IMG/VR virus record: IMGVR_UViG_3300042988_001121
Span: 96,001-160,000 of that record
DNA from: a virus
Length of the DNA stretch: 64,000 bases
Reading direction: 5' to 3' (one strand)
Below, piece after piece: positions 1 through 9,663 of this stretch. Below the pieces are notes generated by a model. That model was not told where the DNA came from and did not search any database. It saw only the letters and a program-made list of their open reading frames with translations. The translations under genes and the position numbers were made by a program. Position 1 is the first letter of the stretch. Every line of letters starts with the position of its first letter.

Positions 1-10
1 CGATGGAGTT

Positions 11-40
11 ATTGTATCACAGAGAAACTTTATGTGTAGT
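11..40 (-). promoter_or_regulatory. Repeated phage early promoter (variant -35 ACTACA, extended -10 TGnTACAAT)
   Basis: Copy of the repeat ATTGTATCACA-N-TGTAG(A/T) seen 15 times in the window. Confidence 0.7.
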
Positions 41-328
41 TTATCCTGAAACAGAATCAGGTGAGCCACCAACGATGTGTCCAGAATAGTAACCATCGAA
101 ATTATCTCCAATTCTGGCTAACTGAACCCCATCAACTATATCAGTGCCACTTCCAGAAACAATGACGCCTGTATGACCACATGCAGCACGTACAGTATCA
201 CCGACTCTTGCGACACCAATACCATTATCAATAACATCAGGACTACAGCTTACAATGGCTCCTGTCTGTGCCTTATGTTTCTTACAGTATCCTACTGTCG
301 AATCGCCTAACCTTGCAACTGGAATCAT
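41..328 (-). CDS. PAAR-repeat spike tip protein (T4 gp5.4-like)
   Basis: Three VAR(L/V/I)GD repeats, C/H metal ligands, ends GSPDSVSG. Confidence 0.85.
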   Translation of the reverse strand: MIPVARLGDSTVGYCKKHKAQTGAIVSCSPDVIDNGIGVARVGDTVRAACGHTGVIVSGSGTDIVDGVQLARIGDNFDGYYSGHIVGGSPDSVSG

Positions 329-600
329 TGCGGAATCCTCGAAAATTTAAGTAACTTTTCTTTTTTCTTCTGTGCAGCCATTTCAACCGCATCAGCCGAC
401 ACGATCCCATGCTTTGTTAGAAGATGAATCATGTGCATCAGATCACCGATTTCTTCGGTCAGATTATCTCGATTCGTGAGATTTGGGTTATCTGGATGAC
501 ATGAATCATAACCGAACCGAACGATCTTGGTGATTTCTTTGATTACTTCTGAGCATTCTTCGGCAGTAATAACCAAAATTTCCATTTCAATGTTATTCAT
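325..600 (-). CDS. MazG-like NTP pyrophosphohydrolase
   Basis: EECSE...EEIGD acidic helical motifs. Confidence 0.7.
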   Translation of the reverse strand: MNNIEMEILVITAEECSEVIKEITKIVRFGYDSCHPDNPNLTNRDNLTEEIGDLMHMIHLLTKHGIVSADAVEMAAQKKKEKLLKFSRIPQ

Positions 601-772
601 ATATTGCTTCGCTATCTGTCTTTAGAACAAAATTTATGCAATTCCAGTGGCTATCTGGAAGTTCGCGCACCCAATATTTGGTTTCGCTTTCTCGTATCAC
701 ATCTATCGTTGCCCCGACATAAGAAGAATACCAAAACATCTGATCAGCACAAGATATGATTTTGATCTTCAT
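593..772 (-). CDS. Hypothetical protein (59 aa)
   Basis: Read manually (MKIKIISCADQMFWYSSY...); fills the gap and overlaps both neighbours. Confidence 0.5.
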   Translation of the reverse strand: MKIKIISCADQMFWYSSYVGATIDVIRESETKYWVRELPDSHWNCINFVLKTDSEAIYE

Positions 773-1011
773 TTGTATGACGTGATCTTGTCTTTACGAA
801 AGCAGCGCCATTCATTTTGATCAAGATCAAATGCAGCCACGATGTTGTCACCAATCAAAGTAGGAGAATTAGCTCCGCTATGTTTCTCTACCGGGATATG
901 GTGATAATTCTTTGTACAGCGCATTGAATACGGCTTGTTTTTCTTTGTCATGAAGTTGACAATAATGATACCATCATTCAGACTGTTTTTAAGTGCATTG
1001 ATATCGATCAT
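769..1011 (-). CDS. Small SH3-like phage protein (DUF2693/WYL_2-like)
   Basis: F.TKK...R.M.CT and FDL...EWRCFR pattern. Confidence 0.55.
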   Translation of the reverse strand: MIDINALKNSLNDGIIIVNFMTKKNKPYSMRCTKNYHHIPVEKHSGANSPTLIGDNIVAAFDLDQNEWRCFRKDKITSYK

Positions 1012-1241
1012 CGGACAATTTTTCCTATAGTGTTGTTAATATATTCCTGAATCCATTGTTCCACGGTCTTGCTACGATTGACTCCAATAACAATTTTATG
1101 TAACTCTTTTGCGGCTTCGTAAATGTCATCTCTGCCTATGTATCTGCGATCAACTTCATCTAACAATTCTTCATCAGAGAAATATTCTATATGCGTGGCT
1201 GTGTTGTTACGAATCCAATCAATAACATCATCTTGTGTCAT
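1008..1241 (-). CDS. Hypothetical protein
   Basis: ORF with ATGA overlaps at both ends. Confidence 0.6.
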   Translation of the reverse strand: MTQDDVIDWIRNNTATHIEYFSDEELLDEVDRRYIGRDDIYEAAKELHKIVIGVNRSKTVEQWIQEYINNTIGKIVR

Positions 1242-2623
1242 TTCAGTGTCTCCAGTGTGTCAGTAGAATCTTTATCTTCGCGCAGGCAGACGAAACGTGG
1301 TAAGAAAAGAGAATAATTCTTATCTACATCACAGATCAATTCGTTATATCGAACCGTAACGACACTACCGACACCGATATCACAATCACCGGGGTTGGCG
1401 ATAAGTGTTTCAAATGAATCTGTTTCTTTGTTCATCATCTGATATTCAACAGGAGCGCCTGTTAAATTCGCATAGATTTCTGAACGTAGTTTAAGAGAAA
1501 ATCCTGATACAGAAACTTTTACCTTATTGTCATCTGTTTCGAGATTAAGTGATCCGAGGTTTCCTAACAGTTCGCCCTTGCCTTCATTGAAGGAAACGAC
1601 TCGGAATTCACCTTCTTTTTCTGACTTGAGTTTCAACGTGTCCTTGACCCGTTTGTTCTCCCAAATCCCATCAATTCGCTTTAGCATAGCCCCTTCTTCT
1701 CCATCAGACAATTTCTTCTGGAAGAATTCATTGACTTCGCGCTGAGAATACACAACCTTCGATTCGATCAGACTGATTAGATTCTTATATGGGTTCTTTT
1801 CAACAAATGAACTCAACATCGCCAATCGGTCGCAATATGGCAAATCATATTTTTCTGAAAAATATGAATCCAGCGGAATCATGTCCCATGCAACCAGATG
1901 CAGGTACTTGATTTCATCTTGTGAAATAGTTCCCTTCACTGCCTTGTTGATGATCCCGTTACCAATTTTACGTGGAAGAAATTTTCCTGTATTCGGATCA
2001 ATTGCCAGTAACTCGCAGTCTACCACAAAATCTGATGGAAATGTAGAGAGCAGAGAATCGAAATGATTATTCACCTCGATTTCTCGACCACTTCGAGTAT
2101 TGAGTGTCACGGTTCCATTTGTCAGTGTAACAAAGGTGCGTGTACCATCTGACTTAAGTTGAACAATATAAGACTTTTGATTACCATAATACTTATCGAA
2201 AGCCTTCTGCGTAAATGGACTAGCAAGCATCTGAGGAAACTCCGGCGCGATTCCGTCCCAAATATCATTTGCCTGTGTATCAACCCCGCACCCCGGTTTC
2301 TTCTTTAGAATACGACAAATAAGATCGGCATATTCAGGTGAAACAGAATCAATCAACTCCTGAATATATTCAATCGCAGCATTGCCTGTAATCTGACGAC
2401 CAGCAATGTCTTTCTCTAGTTTCCGCATTGCAACAACAATTGGAACATCGCCGGTTGCTCGTTGAACGAAATCCTTTTTTTGATAGAAGTTAATGTGAGG
2501 GTGCAGTGCAAGCCGAAAGAAGTCACGAAGAATTGGATTATCAGCATGTTCTTTCAGAATAGCTAGTTTGTCGTTCTTCTTCGTGGTTGATTCGAGCAAC
2601 TTAATAACACCATGTACAGTCAT
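1238..2623 (-). CDS. 30: ATP-dependent DNA ligase (T4 gp30-like)
   Basis: KSDG motif I, EGAMLK, KLK and FLPRF motifs. Confidence 0.95.
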   Translation of the reverse strand: MTVHGVIKLLESTTKKNDKLAILKEHADNPILRDFFRLALHPHINFYQKKDFVQRATGDVPIVVAMRKLEKDIAGRQITGNAAIEYIQELIDSVSPEYADLICRILKKKPGCGVDTQANDIWDGIAPEFPQMLASPFTQKAFDKYYGNQKSYIVQLKSDGTRTFVTLTNGTVTLNTRSGREIEVNNHFDSLLSTFPSDFVVDCELLAIDPNTGKFLPRKIGNGIINKAVKGTISQDEIKYLHLVAWDMIPLDSYFSEKYDLPYCDRLAMLSSFVEKNPYKNLISLIESKVVYSQREVNEFFQKKLSDGEEGAMLKRIDGIWENKRVKDTLKLKSEKEGEFRVVSFNEGKGELLGNLGSLNLETDDNKVKVSVSGFSLKLRSEIYANLTGAPVEYQMMNKETDSFETLIANPGDCDIGVGSVVTVRYNELICDVDKNYSLFLPRFVCLREDKDSTDTLETLK

Positions 2624-2640
2624 TTTGAACTTTCAAATAA

Positions 2641-4674
2641 TTAAACAGGAACCTCAACGAGTTTCGCTTGACATTTAATCTGCTTAGTGATACCGGGGAA
2701 ATTCATCATCACGATATCATCATAGTCAAACACATCAGTGAACCATTTCTTTCCAAGAATTATACCAAACTTTTTCATCACAATTCCATTGAGCAGAGAA
2801 GAAATTTCTTGTTGTACTTCTTTGACGTCGCGAGTTGTGTTGATGACAGTTGACATTGCCTGTTGACTAGGAGTCAGATTTTTCCCGGCAGCAATTGCGT
2901 CACGCACATCAGATACTTTTGGAATAGAAGAAAAACCGGCAAGGCTGATACGCAATTCCTTTGCCATGTACGGATCAACTTTCTCATCGGCATCAGTTAA
3001 TGGAGAGAAACCACCTTCGCTGATACCATACTTTTTCAGGAACAGGGTTGCTTCTTCTCCATAGAGAGCAGAAAACTTCTGACCGGGAGCTGACCTATCT
3101 TTTCCTTCATTGATTACTTTTTGTTCGCACCGAAGTGTATACAACTTAAAGTAGTCAGTAAACATTTCCTTGGCAGTGGTTGGAGTTACCATTGAACGGT
3201 TAATTACTGGCATCGAAGAAATATCAATGACATATGTCTTACCAACCATAAAAGGTTCAAGTGGAATACCATTCATTACCAGAAGATCATGAGTAGCCTT
3301 CGTAAGAATGACCGGCAGTTTCTTCAGATTAACGATCCCATCGGTAACAATAGAGTAGTTACGGAAAATGAATGTATCAAACTCAGTGAACCCATAAGAA
3401 TTATCTGGCAACTGAACTTTACCATTACGGCGAACGAGCAGACCGATGTTTGGTCGATCTTCATTGAATTTCAGAGTCGTGATATCAGCCAGAATTACAG
3501 TATCTGTGTCAACGAACTTTGGTGTGAACCCATCGATTTCTCGCGGTTTGCGTGAATTTCCGATTGACCGATATTCAAATTCAGGATGACTAATGTTCAG
3601 TAAATTGCCCTCAAACGAAACAATATCCATCAACAAAGTCAACACATTATATGCATTTGGGTCAACCGCAAGATTAGTGTTGCGTGGTTTAATTGCATAG
3701 AATGGATTATCTGGCGTTCCAAGCGTTTTTGCGACTTCAACAACCTGATTGTAGTCTTGCTTAGTAAAAGCGTTCTGAAGACGATTAAAGAGGTTTACGT
3801 CACCGATTGCAGCAGCAACATCAACAGCAACATCTGTTAAGCCGCGTTGAACCAATGCAGCGACCAACATAGACATGTCACGATTGGATTCAGCTAGTTC
3901 CGGCGCTATTTCGAGATTGCCGCTGCCCGTGAAATATGCGATTGTATTAACATTCGCAGGAACAGTAACTTCCTTTGCTCCATTGGGAACAGAGATTACA
4001 TAACTGTCATCCGTGAACCCAACAACAAATCCGATGGAGTTGATTTCAGAGACTTTGATAGTAACACGTTTGCCACCAGAAACATTACCACCCAATGTTT
4101 TTTCAAGCAAAGTTGAATAAGAAGAAAATTCACTTGCCCCAATGACTTCACCTCCAACAGCCTCTGCCATCATGGTAAGTGTATCGTGATCAGCATAGTA
4201 ACCATATTCAATGAAGATCGAAGAATCAATGACTTCACTGAGTTGTTCACACATTTCATATACAGCGGTCTTTGGTGACTGATTTTCACCACCATCTGTC
4301 ATGAAATACATTGCGTTAGCATCCGTATCGCTGTTGCTGATAATTCGTTTCACTTCTTCTAGCGGAGAAACGAAACCTGTTGCACCAATAGGTTTCAGGA
4401 AACGGTCGATTGCAGCATTGATGGTAGACAGGTCAGTTGCTGTTGCGATTTTGATATTTTCAAAGATCGTTCCGCATTCATTGCGACCACTAAACCAAAC
4501 AAGACTCAGAGAATCCTTTGGTGATACCAGTGAAGGTAACTTGTTCTTCAGGTGTTGGCGCAGCTTAGGAAGATCATTTGACATTGAACCAGAAACATCA
4601 ACCACAACAATGCGATTGACGCTCTGATCTTTTTTGACTTCTGGTTTGTCGATTTTATGAAATACGATTTTCAT
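2641..4674 (-). CDS. von Willebrand factor A domain protein
   Basis: MIDAS motif DVSGSM and FMTDG in the N-terminal domain. Confidence 0.8.
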   Translation of the reverse strand: MKIVFHKIDKPEVKKDQSVNRIVVVDVSGSMSNDLPKLRQHLKNKLPSLVSPKDSLSLVWFSGRNECGTIFENIKIATATDLSTINAAIDRFLKPIGATGFVSPLEEVKRIISNSDTDANAMYFMTDGGENQSPKTAVYEMCEQLSEVIDSSIFIEYGYYADHDTLTMMAEAVGGEVIGASEFSSYSTLLEKTLGGNVSGGKRVTIKVSEINSIGFVVGFTDDSYVISVPNGAKEVTVPANVNTIAYFTGSGNLEIAPELAESNRDMSMLVAALVQRGLTDVAVDVAAAIGDVNLFNRLQNAFTKQDYNQVVEVAKTLGTPDNPFYAIKPRNTNLAVDPNAYNVLTLLMDIVSFEGNLLNISHPEFEYRSIGNSRKPREIDGFTPKFVDTDTVILADITTLKFNEDRPNIGLLVRRNGKVQLPDNSYGFTEFDTFIFRNYSIVTDGIVNLKKLPVILTKATHDLLVMNGIPLEPFMVGKTYVIDISSMPVINRSMVTPTTAKEMFTDYFKLYTLRCEQKVINEGKDRSAPGQKFSALYGEEATLFLKKYGISEGGFSPLTDADEKVDPYMAKELRISLAGFSSIPKVSDVRDAIAAGKNLTPSQQAMSTVINTTRDVKEVQQEISSLLNGIVMKKFGIILGKKWFTDVFDYDDIVMMNFPGITKQIKCQAKLVEVPV

Positions 4675-4722
4675 TTCTGTTTGTCCAATAAAGTTTGATA
4701 ATGATACCCGAAAATGTGAAGG

Positions 4723-4866
4723 TCACATCGGGTGATTTGGTTTTCCCTCGTCCAGTTGATGACGAGGTGTGTTGTCCAATTCTTCTTTTGCTTCTCGGAA
4801 AGCAATCTTAGCAATCCGTTTTGCTTCTGGGGCGTCGAAAACGGATTGTGGTACAGTGCGTTTCAT
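4723..4866 (-). CDS. Hypothetical protein (47 aa)
   Basis: Read manually; AAGGA RBS and an upstream -10 element. Confidence 0.45.
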   Translation of the reverse strand: MKRTVPQSVFDAPEAKRIAKIAFREAKEELDNTPRHQLDEGKPNHPM

Positions 4867-4922
4867 ATCGTTTCCTTGGTTGGTTTCCGTTATTGTATTA
4901 CAGAAACCAACCGAATTTTAAT

Positions 4923-5888
4923 TTACGCTGCCAGCGCAATCAAATCATTGAAGATTTCTGTCTTCAGAGATTCGCCTGTACCGAAGTAAGAGTTATGAAA
5001 CTGCCATGAAGGATCACGGCGACCTGTTCCGTGAGTTCCAACTTCAGTGAATGCATTCAGAACACCGTAAGCACTGCCGTGATGATATTCTGCTCCCATG
5101 CCGTTACGGAATTTGTCCATCAAGTTGCTGACCATTTTCTGTGCAGCGCGGGTCTGTTCACTTTCCAGAACATCCTTGTTGAATACTTTCTGTTTAAAGA
5201 AAGCCAGCGCATCGGCATCAGAGGCTTCGATCTGAGTCAGTTTGGTGATCTTGTTACGGAAGTTATCCCAAGATTCATCGACCAGACCAAGATCAAATTT
5301 GAAACGCTTTGCATCCCATTCTTTTGCATGTGTCTGCCGAACTGTACGGCTCTTGTCGCTCAGAGCGATTGACAGTGTATTGTTACATACTGTTCGCGTG
5401 CTAGTGAATTTTGCGCTTGTGGCAAGTGAACCATCGATCGATGTTGTTACTAACAAGTAACCGCCGATATCGTCACCATTGATCGGTGAGAAAGACTTAC
5501 CGATATCGGCTGTTGCCCAAAAACGGCGACCACCAAACAATGTACCGGCAGCAGACATTTTGAAACCATTCAGATCAATCAGTTCACGGAAGAATTCCAT
5601 GATTTCCGCTGGCTGAACTACTTTATAGTCTTTTGATACAACGGACATTGCTTCGTTTGTATCAGACCGAAACAGAACATTTCGATCATTGAAAAGCTGT
5701 TTTCCTGATGCAGTCTGATATTCAACCACTGAACGGAATGCTTCCCACTCCATTCCTGCGGCTTGTTTCCATTGTTCAAGAGTAGCTGTTTCCTCGATTT
5801 GTTGACCCAACCCGTGCCAAATCTTGTTGCGATCACCTGTGAAAGCGAATTCGAACTTGCCATTGGTTTCAGTGATTTGATGTGCCAT
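4923..5888 (-). CDS. DUF932 phage/plasmid-like protein (TIGR03299-like)
   Basis: WHGLG, RVVCxNTL-like TRTVCNNTL, YGVLNAFTE. Confidence 0.85.
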   Translation of the reverse strand: MAHQITETNGKFEFAFTGDRNKIWHGLGQQIEETATLEQWKQAAGMEWEAFRSVVEYQTASGKQLFNDRNVLFRSDTNEAMSVVSKDYKVVQPAEIMEFFRELIDLNGFKMSAAGTLFGGRRFWATADIGKSFSPINGDDIGGYLLVTTSIDGSLATSAKFTSTRTVCNNTLSIALSDKSRTVRQTHAKEWDAKRFKFDLGLVDESWDNFRNKITKLTQIEASDADALAFFKQKVFNKDVLESEQTRAAQKMVSNLMDKFRNGMGAEYHHGSAYGVLNAFTEVGTHGTGRRDPSWQFHNSYFGTGESLKTEIFNDLIALAA

Positions 5889-5924
5889 TTTAGGTTTCCT
5901 TCCAAGTTTTGTTGCGATGGAGTT

Positions 5925-5953
5925 ATTGTATCACATAGAAAAATATGTGTAGA
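5925..5953 (-). promoter_or_regulatory. Repeated early promoter
   Basis: TCTACA-17-TACAAT; upstream gene stop at 5954 abuts the -35. Confidence 0.75.
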
Positions 5954-6514
5954 TTATTTTGTCTTACCGTGGTGTTGAATAAGAGGTTTATCTTTCAGAA
6001 GACGTATTACATCATCGAGCAACCAAGGCTGCATGTCGCCATTTGGTCGGGTATCAATACCAACATCCATACAGCGACCTTCTTGCTCAAACCCACCATG
6101 CTCATGTCCAAAAAGATGAATTGCACCATAATGACACCCTTCCCATCGAGCAATAGGAAAGTGAAACAGGACAAACTGTTGCTTCTGGTAACTAAACCGT
6201 TTATAGTCCTGCACCGAAGCAAAACACGATTGAAGTACCGCATTACCACGTATCACTTTATCGTGATTACCGTATATCAGGTGCTTCGTACCATTCAGTC
6301 GATCAGCGAAGTTCTTAATCTTATCTGGTCTGCCACCAAATGCAAAGTCACCAAGGAAATAAACGGTATCCTCTGGGCTAACGACACGGTTATGCGCCTG
6401 CACAAGATTTTCGGTCATTTCCTCGGTCGAAGAACCTTTTCTTGTCTTGGGACAGAATTCGATGATACGCTCATGGAAAGCGTGTGTGTCACTGGTAACA
6501 AAAATTTTGCTCAT
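5954..6514 (-). CDS. Calcineurin-like metallophosphoesterase
   Basis: SDTH, LGD, GNHD and GHEHG motifs. Confidence 0.9.
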   Translation of the reverse strand: MSKIFVTSDTHAFHERIIEFCPKTRKGSSTEEMTENLVQAHNRVVSPEDTVYFLGDFAFGGRPDKIKNFADRLNGTKHLIYGNHDKVIRGNAVLQSCFASVQDYKRFSYQKQQFVLFHFPIARWEGCHYGAIHLFGHEHGGFEQEGRCMDVGIDTRPNGDMQPWLLDDVIRLLKDKPLIQHHGKTK

Positions 6515-6587
6515 TTTGTTTTATCGTTTCTAAAGAACATCAAGAATTTTCTTCATGCGATGTGTGTAATGACATACATTAACCGGA

Positions 6588-6785
6588 TCAATGTATGTCA
6601 TTACACACATTGTCAAACTTTTCCATTAACAACGCATGAATGGCTTTTGCGAGTTCTTGTGTGGGCGCTTCGGCAATGGTGTTACCGTTTGCGTCATCAA
6701 CGTAAAAGCCATTTACTCGCAGAGGAAGAATAAATGTTCTTCCACCGAGAATAATTGTTCGTTTCGTTACTTGCAGTCTACTCAA
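6588..6785 (-). CDS. Hypothetical protein
   Basis: ORF in operon context. Confidence 0.55.
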   Translation of the reverse strand: MSRLQVTKRTIILGGRTFILPLRVNGFYVDDANGNTIAEAPTQELAKAIHALLMEKFDNVCNDIH

Positions 6786-7120
6786 CTCGAAATCGATTCG
6801 TACACAGTTACTTTGACTTCTCTTGGCTCTACTTCATAGAATCGATCAAATGTAGAACCATCATAAGAGACGTAACTGCCATCAAATTTGATATAGCAGG
6901 TTTCTTGATCGCGAGTAAATTTATATACTTTCCAATACTCGATCCCCTGATCTTCTCCGCCATATGAGTCAACTATTTTAAAACTAGCATTGATCAGTTC
7001 TTCTAATTCTGGAATTTCTTTCGCCCTATAAAGGTACGCCCCCCAGAAAAATTTATTGATAACATCTTTTTTGTTGTCAGAATCAAGGATGTTTTTAATT
7101 TCGAGGTAAAGTTTAGTCAT
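6782..7120 (-). CDS. Hypothetical protein, paralog of 8016-8360
   Basis: Shares YGGE.G...YKFTR.ETCYIKFDGSY.SYDG. Confidence 0.75.
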   Translation of the reverse strand: MTKLYLEIKNILDSDNKKDVINKFFWGAYLYRAKEIPELEELINASFKIVDSYGGEDQGIEYWKVYKFTRDQETCYIKFDGSYVSYDGSTFDRFYEVEPREVKVTVYESISS

Positions 7121-7215
7121 GATTTAAACGGGTTATAAACGATTTAAATTGAAATTGAGAGGTTGATATCAAATCAGCAAGAAACCCGCTTAAAACGGGT
7201 TCTAATGCGTTCTTG
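7121..7215. repeat. Composite palindromic element, copy 1
   Basis: TTTAAACGGGTTATAAACGATT at 7123; inverted repeat AACCCG/CGGGTT at 7183-7201. Confidence 0.55.
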
Positions 7216-7217
7216 GG

Positions 7218-7553
7218 CTATTCGTAGATGGTTTTCATTACTTGCTTAGGAAAAACCTGTTTCACAGATACTACGTTATAACCATCATATGAGCTTCCGC
7301 TGGACACAATCCTAATGAAGAAGCCTTCAATTTGCCAAACCGAAGAAGTTTCATTCAGATAATCGTCTTTTTCTGACTCAATGAAACCAACTACAAGACC
7401 GAATTTATCGGAAAAAATAGCATCTGCTGCATCGGCATATGATGTGTCTTCTTCGTCGTCATAGAAATCGACACACCCAAACGAGTCGGTTGTTCCTAAG
7501 ATATCAACCATCAATTTGTTTTTCGGATGATGGTAAAATTCTGCGTAGTTCAT
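7218..7553 (-). CDS. Hypothetical protein, distant paralog of 6782-7120
   Basis: Shares SYDG...VKQVFPKQV.KTIYE C-terminal pattern. Confidence 0.65.
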   Translation of the reverse strand: MNYAEFYHHPKNKLMVDILGTTDSFGCVDFYDDEEDTSYADAADAIFSDKFGLVVGFIESEKDDYLNETSSVWQIEGFFIRIVSSGSSYDGYNVVSVKQVFPKQVMKTIYE

Positions 7554-7576
7554 GTTAATCCTTGTTTTGTGAATCT

Positions 7577-7605
7577 ATTGTAACACAGGAAAACTTATGT
7601 GTAGA
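7577..7605 (-). promoter_or_regulatory. Repeated early promoter
   Basis: TCTACA-17-TACAAT. Confidence 0.75.
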
Positions 7606-7617
7606 TTATTAAAAGTG

Positions 7618-7962
7618 TCACTGCATAAGTTCGTCAAGCACTTCGACTTCATCGCCCAGTTTAGAAGCAACATATGCTCGCATTGCAGCCACAAGTGGTG
7701 TTGGTCCTTCTGCACGCCAATCACTGATTCCGTAATCTGACCATGCATGCCATACATCTTTGTCATCAACGATGACTGGGCACAGGTGCATCTTCTCCCG
7801 TTCAATGATATACCCGCCTTGCGCCCAATCTGTGGAGTATAGGCAATCGTCATCATCGTGGAGAACATGGATGTACGTGTCGTCTTCGAACCACAACCCT
7901 TCACACTTAGCCACAACCAAATCGAGCGCAGCGCCTGCCAGTTCACGTGTTTTAACTTTCAT
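7618..7962 (-). CDS. DUF2591/NinX-family phage protein
   Basis: L.GAALD.VVA, YSTDWAQGG.IIE, GPTPLVAAMRAYVASKLGDEVEV. Confidence 0.8.
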   Translation of the reverse strand: MKVKTRELAGAALDLVVAKCEGLWFEDDTYIHVLHDDDDCLYSTDWAQGGYIIEREKMHLCPVIVDDKDVWHAWSDYGISDWRAEGPTPLVAAMRAYVASKLGDEVEVLDELMQ

Positions 7963-7986
7963 AACAACTCCTGTTTTGTTGCATCT

Positions 7987-8015
7987 ATTGTATCACATAA
8001 AGTTTTATGTGTAGA
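7987..8015 (-). promoter_or_regulatory. Repeated early promoter
   Basis: TCTACA-17-TACAAT; stop at 8016 abuts the -35. Confidence 0.75.
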
Positions 8016-8360
8016 TTATTTTTTCTTGTACTGGATAACAGTAACTTCTTGAGGCTCTACTTCAAAATACTCATGCAAATGAGCACCATCATAAGATGCA
8101 TAGCTACCATCAAATTTGATATAACAGGTTTCTTCCTCGCGAGTGAATTTGTAGGTAGACCAGAAAGAATCACCTTTTCCTTCGCCACCATAATTGTCAA
8201 CTAATTTAAATTTGATGCCGATCTTCTTCAATTCATTTACGATTACGTCCGATACATCGATGTGGAATAACTCGTCTTCAATAGAATTCTGAAATTTTAA
8301 CTCATCGCCCTCAATAGATTTGCCATCGATGAATTCTTTAATAGTTTCAAATAATGTCAT
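8016..8360 (-). CDS. Hypothetical protein, paralog of 6782-7120
   Basis: Shared motif block. Confidence 0.75.
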   Translation of the reverse strand: MTLFETIKEFIDGKSIEGDELKFQNSIEDELFHIDVSDVIVNELKKIGIKFKLVDNYGGEGKGDSFWSTYKFTREEETCYIKFDGSYASYDGAHLHEYFEVEPQEVTVIQYKKK

Positions 8361-9195
8361 TTTCTTCCTTTAGCTTGTTTACAACAGAATCTACTTTACT
8401 AACGCTGGATGATAACATCATTTTATAGATATCATCATAGTAATCGATAGCAAAGTCACGAAACCAGCCCGAGCAAAGCGTAGTACAAATCTTATCTACC
8501 GAGCGCAGGATAGCCAATTTTGTGAGTAATGGTTTCTCGATCTTCGGTGACACAATAAACCTCTCAATGGCAATAACCATCGCTTCTTCTAATACACACT
8601 CACACTTTTCTTGATGACTAAGTTTCTGCCAGTATTCCTTTTTGCACCATGCTATTGTTGGATCATCTTGAAGTCGCGTATAGAGTGGTTTATCGTAGTA
8701 CGCTACTTGCTCATGTAACCAATCATGATTATAGACTTTAGTCACATAGTCATCAAAGAATTCTTCGTTCTTCTGCATCAAATTTGGATTACCTTGAGGG
8801 TATTCCTTCTTGGTCAACTCAATTCTTTTCACCAGAAACTCGATGGTAGATTCCTTGGCACTTCGCATTGCCTCAACCAAGCCATGCTTATGATAGTGCG
8901 TGATATGTTTCTGGAAGGACAGCGAACGATGTAAGTGGCTACGTTTGATGGCAGCAAGCCCTTCCATTGTCACCACGTTAACCGGAGTGTTGCCGACATG
9001 AATGATCATATCCGAGGCAAACTGACCGATCTCGCTGTTATTAAGAACACTGGTCTTGTGGTGCTCGAAATTTCGTAGATGATCAAACATCATCGGAAAG
9101 TCAGTAACAATGTCCCAATCTGCGTTGTCGTTAATCCTTGCGCTAGGATTCCAGAAATTAAGTGCTCGACTTCCAATGAGGTAATGCATGATCAA
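8347..9195 (-). CDS. Conserved phage protein with a nucleotidyltransferase-like N-terminus
   Basis: LIGSRAL...DWD (GS..DxD) motif. Confidence 0.5.
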   Translation of the reverse strand: MIMHYLIGSRALNFWNPSARINDNADWDIVTDFPMMFDHLRNFEHHKTSVLNNSEIGQFASDMIIHVGNTPVNVVTMEGLAAIKRSHLHRSLSFQKHITHYHKHGLVEAMRSAKESTIEFLVKRIELTKKEYPQGNPNLMQKNEEFFDDYVTKVYNHDWLHEQVAYYDKPLYTRLQDDPTIAWCKKEYWQKLSHQEKCECVLEEAMVIAIERFIVSPKIEKPLLTKLAILRSVDKICTTLCSGWFRDFAIDYYDDIYKMMLSSSVSKVDSVVNKLKEENDII

Positions 9196-9213
9196 ATCCT
9201 ATTATTCAAAATT

Positions 9214-9663
9214 TCATTTAGCCGCGCCATGTTGCTCTAGTAGTTCGATCAATTGTTTTTTGGTCATTTTTTCGTATTTCGACACTTCAACAGAAGGAAC
9301 TGTAATTTCTGCCAGATCACCGTCAAGAAATTGAAACCTATTAAGGTATTTTTCCTTTTCTTCAATTTGGTTTTCGGCTTCGTACCTTGCCAGAGTTTTC
9401 ATAATGTCTTGCTTCGTTATGACACCCCAACAACTGATTTTTTCTTTAATAGGAAGTTCTGTTGGCACGATGGCAATTCCCCTTGTTATGGAAACAACTT
9501 TTGCGCGAATCCCAAATGATCCTTTGTCATATCCAATAAAATAATTCAAATAATAATTATAACCACCCGTAAACCAAACAATGTCGCCTATTTTGCATTT
9601 ATCGAATTTTTTCTGTGCAGCCGCTGTTTTAGGATAAGTTGTGTAATCTATTTTCATGATCAA
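9214..9663 (-). CDS. Hypothetical protein
   Basis: ORF in operon context. Confidence 0.6.
   Translation of the reverse strand: MIMKIDYTTYPKTAAAQKKFDKCKIGDIVWFTGGYNYYLNYFIGYDKGSFGIRAKVVSITRGIAIVPTELPIKEKISCWGVITKQDIMKTLARYEAENQIEEKEKYLNRFQFLDGDLAEITVPSVEVSKYEKMTKKQLIELLEQHGAAK

Noticed and set aside
7575-7946. 123-aa alternative-frame ORF overlapping the DUF2591 gene
   Set aside because: Same-strand frame shadow; the DUF2591 frame has the RBS, promoter and family motifs.
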